Shown here in pieces: positions 25,481 through 32,000 of a DNA stretch of 32,000 nucleotides. Position 1 is the stretch's first letter; each line of letters begins with the position of its first letter. The stretch spans positions 1,890,001 through 1,922,000 of the forward strand of contig NC_009954.1 of the NCBI RefSeq assembly GCF_000018305.1, in the 5' to 3' direction. The position numbers and the translations under genes were made by a program. The DNA comes from Caldivirga maquilingensis IC-167 (lineage in GTDB: Archaea; Thermoproteota; Thermoprotei; Thermoproteales; Thermocladiaceae). A model generated the notes under the pieces. It saw only the letters and a list, made by a program, of their open reading frames with translations, was not told where the DNA came from and ran no database searches.

Positions 25481-26386
25481 TTAAGGCAGTATCACTGTTC
25501 CAGTGACCCCCTTAATTAACTCAATGGCCTTACCTAACCTACCAATGTAGGCTCTCCTGCCACCATCTTCAATGAACCTAATTACCGCCTCCACCTTGGG
25601 TCCCATGTTGCCCTCAGGGAATTGCCCCTCATCATAGTACTTCCTTAATTCACTAACCCTTACCGTGGTTAATGGCTTCTGGTTGGGTTTCCCGTAGTTT
25701 AAGTACACGTAATCTACATCACTGAGTATCATTAATTCATCAGCGTTAATACTATTTGCAAGTAATTGAGTGGCTAAATCCTTATCAATAACAGCCTCAA
25801 CACCCTCATGATTAATAACCGGTACACCACCACCGCCAACTGCGATAACTATGTTGCCATTATTAATTAACTGCTTAATTGCATCAATCTCAATTATGGA
25901 TACTGGTCTTGGTGATGGAACAACCCTCCTCCAACCACCCCTGGGGTCTCTTCTGAAGACCCAACCCTTAATTCTACTTAACTCAACTGCATCAGTCTCA
26001 CTGTAAGCTGGCCCAATGAACTTAGTGGGGTTCCTGAAGGCTTCATCATTACTATTAACAGTAACCCTGGTTACAATAACCACAGCCCTAGTATCCAACC
26101 CCCTTCGCCTAGCCTCACCCTCAATTGCATTAGCCAGTAAATACCCCATCCAACCCTCCGTGGCGGCAACAGCCATATCTAGGCTTAATGAGTCACTAAT
26201 CCTCTCAGTTATTAAGCCGACCTGGGGGCCGTTGCCATGGGTAACAATAACCCTATACCCTAATTGAACCATGTTAATAACATCAACAGCAGCCTCCCTA
26301 ACAGCCTCCAATTGATCCTTAGGTGAACCAACTCTTGAACCGGTCTTAGCGAAGGCATTACCACCCAGTGCAATAACCAGCATCAT
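25481..26386 (-). CDS. arcC: Carbamate kinase
   Basis: 'MLVIALGGNA', 'VIVTHGNGPQVG', 'AVGGGGVPV', 'DKDLATQLLA'. 301 aa. Confidence 0.9.
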   Translation of the reverse strand: MMLVIALGGNAFAKTGSRVGSPKDQLEAVREAAVDVINMVQLGYRVIVTHGNGPQVGLITERISDSLSLDMAVAATEGWMGYLLANAIEGEARRRGLDTRAVVIVTRVTVNSNDEAFRNPTKFIGPAYSETDAVELSRIKGWVFRRDPRGGWRRVVPSPRPVSIIEIDAIKQLINNGNIVIAVGGGGVPVINHEGVEAVIDKDLATQLLANSINADELMILSDVDYVYLNYGKPNQKPLTTVRVSELRKYYDEGQFPEGNMGPKVEAVIRFIEDGGRRAYIGRLGKAIELIKGVTGTVILP

Positions 26387-26451
26387 GACTTAAACGCTAT
26401 GCTTAGGTATTTATATATTTCCCTATAACTTGAGGTAAAGTAAGTAGTGGT

Positions 26452-27579
26452 TCATATTCTAATTAGTTTAAGTAATGAGTTACGGATATTGTTAACACTA
26501 CTTTCAAACACGCTATCAATATTATCCAGGAAGCTCATAATCATGTCATAGGTTATTAACCTAATCGCCTCCTCCCTACTTAACCCCCTCATCCTGAGGT
26601 AGAGCTCCTGCTCCTCATCTAAGGCGGCGTCTGATGCGGCGTGTCTGGCGCCGTTAACATCACCTGTATCAACCATTATCACCGGCACTGACATACCCAC
26701 TGCATTACTTGAGCCTATGAATACCTTACCCTCTATGTTAGTGTACGACCACTTACCATGATCACTAATCCTTCCAAAACCCCTATGTATAACTGTGGCT
26801 GAGTCTAAGGCAATAGCCTTAGTAATGGAGTTACTGCTGGAGCCTTCACCATAATGCATTAGATTCACCATGTAGTCGATCCTAGAGGAACCTAAACCAA
26901 CTTCAAGTGAATTCACATTAACCATTGATTCCCTTCCCTGCAGCACATAGTCCTCCCTGTGGTGAGTCATTTTCCCGTTAACCACTATTGAGTATGAGTT
27001 AACCTTAGCTCTAGCCCCCTCATTAATCCTGATTAAGTTGAATGCAGGGTCCACGTTCACTGAGTAGATGAGTAAATTAACCACTGCCCCATCACCCACG
27101 TTTAACTCCGTGATATTAGTCCCGCATCCCCCATTTCCAATAATGCTTAGAAACACATTGGCTAAAGCATCATTATTAACGTTTATTATAACGTGGTTTG
27201 AATGCATTTCACTGCCTCCACCACTGTAACTCATCATTACCCTGACGCTTGATGATTCACTTAACGTTAACGAGTGTATCTCCCTTATATTAACGAAATG
27301 CCTTGCAATTATCCTTGACTCAGACGGATCTATGCCTGTTACCGCATTATCACTGGTTAATTCATTACCCTTAACTAGGATGCCGTTGTGAATAACCACG
27401 TCGTATTCATTAAATTCAAGTGAGGGCGGCGATGCATTACCATTATTTGATTCAACGCAATTATCGAAGAGGTTCCATTGCGTGTAGTATTTAACCGTTG
27501 GTGAATCCTTAATTAACTGGTATGGTATTCTACCCGCAAGCTCCCTAGCCTTAACCTTAATCTCCTCCGGCACCAACAT
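26452..27579 (-). CDS. sufD: Fe-S cluster assembly protein SufD
   Basis: Beta-helix-type repeat region and C-terminal 'ARHAASDAALDEEQELYLRMRGLSREEAIRLI'. It is the last gene of the sufC-sufB-sufD order. Confidence 0.85.
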   Translation of the reverse strand: MLVPEEIKVKARELAGRIPYQLIKDSPTVKYYTQWNLFDNCVESNNGNASPPSLEFNEYDVVIHNGILVKGNELTSDNAVTGIDPSESRIIARHFVNIREIHSLTLSESSSVRVMMSYSGGGSEMHSNHVIINVNNDALANVFLSIIGNGGCGTNITELNVGDGAVVNLLIYSVNVDPAFNLIRINEGARAKVNSYSIVVNGKMTHHREDYVLQGRESMVNVNSLEVGLGSSRIDYMVNLMHYGEGSSSNSITKAIALDSATVIHRGFGRISDHGKWSYTNIEGKVFIGSSNAVGMSVPVIMVDTGDVNGARHAASDAALDEEQELYLRMRGLSREEAIRLITYDMIMSFLDNIDSVFESSVNNIRNSLLKLIRI

Positions 27580-27582
27580 TGA

Positions 27583-29007
27583 TTAAGCCACCTTACCGTA
27601 TTTACTGAATTCAAGGCTAATTACCCTGTTTAAAACCATGGCGTACTCGAATGGTAAACCCTCTGTTACATCGCTTATGAATCCAAGTACTATTAGGCTT
27701 TTTGCTTCTTCTTCGTTTAATCCTCTGCTTCTTAGGTAGAATAGTTTATCTTCGCTTATTCTGCCTGTGTAGGCTTCGTGGGTAACCACTGCCGTGTCCT
27801 CGAATACTTGATCATGAGGAATAGTGTATGCCTTAGACTTATCATCAAGAATAAGCGAATCACATGAAACATGAGACCTAGCAAACCTAGCACCCCTCCT
27901 AACGTAAACAACCCCCTTATACACCACAGTCCCACCATTAGCCGATATTGACTTATTAACTATCTTAGAATACGTATTAGGCGCATCATGAATCACCTTA
28001 GCGCCATTCTCCTTAATGTGCTTACCATTAGCCACGGTAATGCCTGTTATTTCCGTTCCAGCCCCCTCACCCTTAAGTATTGTGGATGGGTAGACGAAAC
28101 TGGCCATGCTTCCTATACTGGCTTCAACCCACTCAACCTTGGCGTTTCTCTCAGCTATAGCCCTCTTATTATTGAAGTTTATCACATTCCTACTCCAATT
28201 CTGCACTGTGGTGAACCTTATCCTAGCCCCCTCATGGGCGTATAACTCAACCATACCATCATGGAAACTATACCTACTGAACCTTGGGGCTGAGCAACCC
28301 TCAATGAAGTGTATGTAACTGTCCTTATCGGCTATAAGCAATGTGTGTTCGAATTGACCCTCACCGGCATTGCTTATTAGGAAGAAGGCCTCAATGGGTG
28401 CTTCAATCCTAACCCCTGGGGGTACGTAGACGAATACTCCACCACTCCAGAGTGCTCCATGTAGTGCAGCGAACTTATGTTCAGGTGGGAATATCTTCAT
28501 GAAGTACTGCTTAACTAGGTCAGGGTACTTCTGAACAGCCTCCTCCATGGGCATCACTACCACGCCTTTTTCAGCTAACTGCTTCCTAATGTTGAAGTAT
28601 ATCATTTCTGAATCCAATTGTGCACCAAGGCCCATTAATGCCCTAGCCTCTATCTCTGGTATATTCAATGACTCGTAGTACTTCCTAACCTCGGGTGGTA
28701 TTTCATCCCAACTACTGGCCCTATTAATGTCGGGTTTAGCGTATGTTGAGTACTCCTCAAGGTTAATGTTCTCCAGGACCCAGTTGGGTAACCAGTTTGG
28801 TGCTGGTAATTTATTGAATAACTCAAGGTTCCTTAACCTAAGCCTCCTCATCCAATCAGGCTCATTCTTAGCCTTAGATATCTCCTCAATAACATCACTG
28901 GTTATCTTACCCTTAATCTCAATGCTTCTTCTAATCGGCGTATCCCTACTAAGAACCTCCTCTGGGGTTAATCCCTCCTCCACCAGGTTATGTAAGTCCT
29001 GCCTCAT
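27583..29007 (-). CDS. sufB: Fe-S cluster assembly protein SufB
   Basis: 'FEHTLLIADKDSYIHFIEGCSAP', 'THEAYTGRISEDKLFYLRSRGLNEEEAKSLIVLGF'. 474 aa with no intein-sized insertion. Confidence 0.95.
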   Translation of the reverse strand: MRQDLHNLVEEGLTPEEVLSRDTPIRRSIEIKGKITSDVIEEISKAKNEPDWMRRLRLRNLELFNKLPAPNWLPNWVLENINLEEYSTYAKPDINRASSWDEIPPEVRKYYESLNIPEIEARALMGLGAQLDSEMIYFNIRKQLAEKGVVVMPMEEAVQKYPDLVKQYFMKIFPPEHKFAALHGALWSGGVFVYVPPGVRIEAPIEAFFLISNAGEGQFEHTLLIADKDSYIHFIEGCSAPRFSRYSFHDGMVELYAHEGARIRFTTVQNWSRNVINFNNKRAIAERNAKVEWVEASIGSMASFVYPSTILKGEGAGTEITGITVANGKHIKENGAKVIHDAPNTYSKIVNKSISANGGTVVYKGVVYVRRGARFARSHVSCDSLILDDKSKAYTIPHDQVFEDTAVVTHEAYTGRISEDKLFYLRSRGLNEEEAKSLIVLGFISDVTEGLPFEYAMVLNRVISLEFSKYGKVA

Positions 29008-29759
29008 CTTGACCTCACCTTAAGGAAGTTCTCGTAACCAATCTTCTCAATCTCCTCCACCAGCTCTAACCCACCCTCAGCGATTATCTTTCCCTTACTT
29101 AGAACCAGTACCCTAGTTGGTTTAAGGATGTGGAGTATTCTGGCGCTATGCGTGGTTAACACTATTCCTGTCCCTGAGTTAACCAGGTTAAGTAATGCCT
29201 TCCCAACGGCGAAGATACCGTCAACATCCAGTCCTGAATCAGGTTCATCAATTAGGGCTATCTTAGGCTTAACCATGAGTAATTGAAGCACCTCACTCCT
29301 CTTCATCTCGCCTCCACTGAAGCCATGATTCACACCCCTACTTAAGTGGGCTGGGGTTAAGCCAACCTCCTGAACACCCTTAACTAGGTTATTTACGAGA
29401 CTTGGTGGAGCTGGGTCAGTTAGCTTCTTACCATTCATCTTATTAACCATAGCCGTTATGAGTGTTGATAACCTAACCTCAGGTACTGCGATTGGTGTTT
29501 GGAAGGCAACCATTATGCCCTTCAATACCCTCTCCTCAGGTAGTAGTGTGGTTAAGTCATCGTTATCCAACAATACCCTACCCTTAACTATGTTGTACTT
29601 AGGGTGGCCGGCAATAGACATGAATAAAGTCGTCTTACCACTACCATTAGGCCCCATTAATGCTAAAACCTCCCCACTCCTAACATTGAATGACACATCC
29701 TCTATAATCACCTTACTATCAACCGAGACCGTTAGGTTTTCAACCTTTAACTCAGCCAT
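29004..29759 (-). CDS. sufC: Fe-S cluster assembly ATPase SufC
   Basis: Walker A 'GPNGSGKTT', ABC signature 'FSGGEMKRSEVLQL', Walker B 'IALIDEPDSGLD'. It overlaps sufB by 4 nt. Confidence 0.95.
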   Translation of the reverse strand: MAELKVENLTVSVDSKVIIEDVSFNVRSGEVLALMGPNGSGKTTLFMSIAGHPKYNIVKGRVLLDNDDLTTLLPEERVLKGIMVAFQTPIAVPEVRLSTLITAMVNKMNGKKLTDPAPPSLVNNLVKGVQEVGLTPAHLSRGVNHGFSGGEMKRSEVLQLLMVKPKIALIDEPDSGLDVDGIFAVGKALLNLVNSGTGIVLTTHSARILHILKPTRVLVLSKGKIIAEGGLELVEEIEKIGYENFLKVRSR

Positions 29760-29912
29760 ACTTAATGCCTCAATACACCCCCACGTGACACCTATTTAAA
29801 ACTTTTCGTGGGAGTCACAAACAATATATTTACAGTTACTCCTTTACTTATTAAAATCAGCATTAAGGCTATTACTCATAAGGGTTAAGTGAGGATTAAT
29901 AATGTTAAAGAT

Positions 29913-30043
29913 GCCCCAACCCCAGCACGGGCCTTTCCCACGGCCTCGCGGACCGCAGTACTCAGCACCGCGGTGGGGTGTTTCACTTCCAGGTTCTGAT
30001 GAGTCTGGGTGGGTCCACCCCACCTATGGCCGGGTTATGGGGC
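29913..30043 (-). rRNA. rrf: 5S ribosomal RNA (unlinked to 16S/23S within this window)
   Basis: The reverse complement 'GCCCCATAACCCGGCCATAGG...ACCCAGACTCATCAGAACCTGGAAGTGAAAC...GAGTACTGCGG...GGGAAAGGCCCGTGCTGGGGTTGGGGC' shows the conserved 5S core (compare Sulfolobus 'ACCCGGACTCATTTCGAACCCGGAAGTTAAGC', as recalled from memory), a loop-E 'AGTACTG', and complementary ends. The exact ends are uncertain by a few nt. Confidence 0.85.
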
Positions 30044-30065
30044 AGTTACCTCAGTTGCATAGGGG

Positions 30066-30073
30066 CTTTTAAG
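30066..30073 (-). promoter_or_regulatory. TATA-like box for 5S rRNA
   Basis: Minus-strand 'cttaaaag' lies about 22-30 nt upstream of the predicted 5S 5' end (30043). Confidence 0.4.
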
Positions 30074-30117
30074 CATTACTAATCATTACTCCTTAACTGG
30101 TTAAGGTGCAGAAATGC

Positions 30118-30125
30118 TTTTATAG
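30118..30125 (+). promoter_or_regulatory. TATA-like box for the uS14 gene
   Basis: 'ttttatag' ends 21 nt before the GTG at 30147, consistent with a leaderless mRNA. Confidence 0.4.
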
Positions 30126-30146
30126 CGTCTTCAACACCAGTTTTCC

Positions 30147-30311
30147 GTGGGTAAGATTAAGCCTAGTAGGACTAGGGAGTTTGGTAAGGGTTCCCTTAGG
30201 TGCGTTAGGTGTGGTACTCATGAGGCTGTAATAAGGAGGTATGGATTAATGCTGTGTAGAAGATGCTTTAGGGAAGTGGCGCCTCAGCTTGGATTCAAGA
30301 AATACTATTGA
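30147..30311 (+). CDS. rps14: 30S ribosomal protein uS14 (Zn-ribbon type, S14/S29e). 54 aa, GTG start. It is absent from the supplied ORF track because it is under 60 aa.
   Basis: Manual translation: '[54 protein letters not shown]', with CxxC...CxxC. Confidence 0.9.
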   Translation: MGKIKPSRTREFGKGSLRCVRCGTHEAVIRRYGLMLCRRCFREVAPQLGFKKYY

Positions 30312-30319
30312 GACTGTTA

Positions 30320-31189
30320 TTAAATCGTTAATACTAATGGAACAATTATGGGAACCAGTATTGTAAGCAGTAGGCCGTTTGATATTGAGGCCACGGAATA
30401 CTCATTACCTAGGACTGACACGTAGACTGGTAACGTATCATCCATTGATGTCGCCCCACCAATGCTTATCAAGGCCTGTGGACTACCTGGTATGAAGGGA
30501 ACTAGGATGAAGGTTAATTGCTCCCTAAGGAAGTTGGATAGGAAGGCTAGTAAACCGTAATACGGTCCCGCGTATAACGCAACCATGGGTCCAGTGAACG
30601 TGTACCAACCCATGCCTAGGGCTATTGCTAAGGATACGTTTAACCTAATGTTGAAGACATAAGATAATATTAAACCTGAGGCTAAGCCACCTAGGAGGGC
30701 ACTCACCCCAGCCTGCATCCCAATCCTTCCCCCAGCCATGAGTGATTTAACATTCATTACTCTACTTGAGGATAAGCCAATGACCCCAGCTAAGGCTATT
30801 AACTCAGCTTCAATAATGTTACCTATGCCTGTAACATGGAGGAGTAAGCCCGTTAACCAACCAATCACTAGGGTAATTATGAATATTAACGGTGTCCTAT
30901 TCATGAGTCTTAATGAACCATTACGCCGCCTCTCCCCTATCATAATCCCTACGGCGTATGATAATGCCACTGTTAATAGTGAGTAGATTAACGAGTATGC
31001 TACCAGGGAACCAGCCTTACTAATACTTGTTAATTGCTCACCGCCCCATAGGCTTATCGTGAATATTAATGCCACAACAATGGGTATTACCGCTTTATCC
31101 GAGGCCTCACTAATGGATACTGGGGTTAACTTACCAATCGCAATTGATACTGCAAACACTACTATGAATATGAACCCGGCAACATACAT
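30320..31189 (-). CDS. Polytopic membrane protein (possibly a LysO/DUF340-type exporter; the function call is weak)
   Basis: 289 aa, about 8 hydrophobic helices, Gly-rich. The TATA 'tttataaa' lies 23 nt upstream of the ATG. Confidence 0.65.
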   Translation of the reverse strand: MYVAGFIFIVVFAVSIAIGKLTPVSISEASDKAVIPIVVALIFTISLWGGEQLTSISKAGSLVAYSLIYSLLTVALSYAVGIMIGERRRNGSLRLMNRTPLIFIITLVIGWLTGLLLHVTGIGNIIEAELIALAGVIGLSSSRVMNVKSLMAGGRIGMQAGVSALLGGLASGLILSYVFNIRLNVSLAIALGMGWYTFTGPMVALYAGPYYGLLAFLSNFLREQLTFILVPFIPGSPQALISIGGATSMDDTLPVYVSVLGNEYSVASISNGLLLTILVPIIVPLVLTI

Positions 31190-31198
31190 TGAAGCCTA

Positions 31199-31231
31199 GT
31201 TAGGTAAGTCCCTTTATAAACTGTACCTAAC
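31199..31231. promoter_or_regulatory. 8-bp perfect inverted repeat bracketing the TATA box of the 30320-31189 gene (candidate operator)
   Basis: 'gttaggta' (31199-31206) and 'tacctaac' (31224-31231) flank 'ctttataaa' (31211-31219). Confidence 0.35.
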
Positions 31232-31444
31232 ATAAGCTTGGTCACTTAAGTAAGGGTTTAATGATCCATTAACAAAAATTAATCTAAATTCACAATCCCT
31301 GTGGGCAGTATGTGAAACAAGCCTTAAAGCTCACTCATAATGAGTAATGAGGGTGTCTTAAGCTTAAAACGATACTTATATTTACTATCCCCATGATTAA
31401 CCCAGGTGGCGATACAGGATACTAAGCCAAGTAGCCTTAGTAGG

Positions 31445-32000
31445 GTGATAGCTGCACTAGGTGGCTTACTCGTCTCCCTGATTGCATTAGCTCCATTCGC
31501 ATCATTCACCATGCTAACAATCACTAATCACGGCTTCATGCTGCTAATGCTAGTAATACTGGGTGGCCTTATTGCAATCAGCGCCGTGGGTAGGCTTAAC
31601 CAAGCCTCAATCCTAGGTCTACTGGCGTACGTAATGGCGTTACTGTTGGCCTCATGGTCATGGTTCTACAGGGACCCCGTTGGCTCAATGCTTAGGTTAA
31701 CCCCCCTACTCATAATACCAGTGGTGATAATAGGTGTCCAGGTTAAGTTATTTAACTCATCGTCAAGCCAGGGGGTAAGCCCATTATTCTCAATAGGTTC
31801 ACTGCTACTTATGTATCAGCCATGGCCAGGTCCATTAATTGGGGCTGCATGGGGTTTAGCAGGAGGGATTACGTCGGCTTATGAGGCCTTCTCAATGCCA
31901 ACCCTACCAGCCTTAACGTATATTGTAACCTACTTGATCGGCAGTATGATGCAGGGTACATTACCGTGGAACCCAATATCACTAACCCCCCTAAGCTTTT
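31445..32000 (+). CDS. Membrane protein, 3'-partial (it runs off the window). Alternative starts are GTG 31406 and ATG 31511.
   Basis: Manual translation from 31397 to 32000 has no stop. It reads '...IAALGGLLVSLIALAPFASFTMLTITNHGFMLLMLVILGGLIAISAV...' and is rich in TM helices. It is not in the ORF track because it is unterminated. Confidence 0.55.
   Translation, partial: MIAALGGLLVSLIALAPFASFTMLTITNHGFMLLMLVILGGLIAISAVGRLNQASILGLLAYVMALLLASWSWFYRDPVGSMLRLTPLLIIPVVIIGVQVKLFNSSSSQGVSPLFSIGSLLLMYQPWPGPLIGAAWGLAGGITSAYEAFSMPTLPALTYIVTYLIGSMMQGTLPWNPISLTPLSF

Noticed and set aside
27583-29007. Possible intein in SufB, or an intron in the tRNA (23616-23691)
   Set aside because: SufB has a normal length (474 aa) and continuous conserved blocks. 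The tRNA folds as an uninterrupted 76-nt cloverleaf.
31324-31524. 66-aa minus-strand ORF
   Set aside because: It overlaps the start region of the better-supported plus-strand membrane-protein ORF (31406/31445 onward). It has no motif or promoter.
1-32000. Mobile-element genes (transposase, integrase, IS terminal repeats) that could explain the islands
   Set aside because: None of the supplied or manually read ORFs shows DDE, tyrosine or serine recombinase motifs. The islands are not adjacent to the tRNA gene. No mobile element is called, despite the compositional evidence for acquisition.

Overview
This 32 kb window looks like an archaeal chromosome segment. The evidence is eS4, archaeal uL24, uL5, uL6 and Zn-ribbon uS14, an Nre protein, a crenarchaeal-type 5S rRNA, and TATA boxes about 25 nt upstream of mostly leaderless starts. 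A Thermoproteales-like source (Vulcanisaeta or Caldivirga type) is only a guess.

The right part (about 18.5-32 kb) is mostly core. It holds an Nre plus radical-SAM operon, a fragmented ribosomal-protein cluster (L24-S4e-L5; L6 alone; S14 alone next to 5S rRNA), tRNA-Arg(CCG), carbamate kinase, sufCBD and membrane proteins.

The left part (about 0-18 kb) is accessory, mosaic in composition, and shows rearrangement scars:
- An MNT gene lies 9.1 kb from a truncated HEPN remnant, and that remnant is fused in frame to the C-terminal two thirds of a mannonate dehydratase.
- A FAD-linked oxidase is frameshifted.
- An exact 87-bp copy of an internal MFS-transporter fragment lies between two other genes.
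- A perfect 4x16-bp tandem repeat begins at a stop codon.

Two gene clusters are the best candidates for undescribed metabolism:
1. A cluster of MFS, Zn-dehydrogenase, type I dehydroquinase-like dehydratase, cupin and ThDP enzyme, with a divergent HMGL-like lyase plus family III CoA-transferase and a Bat-type HTH regulator. I propose an iol-like but non-orthologous cyclitol or alicyclic acid catabolic route.
2. A very AT-rich island holding DUF917, a HyuA-like hydantoinase, DUF1177, AroM, a small membrane protein and a CodB-like NCS1 permease.

I recognised no transposase, integrase, CRISPR array or cas gene. All homology calls come from motif reading of the supplied translations, not from database searches.
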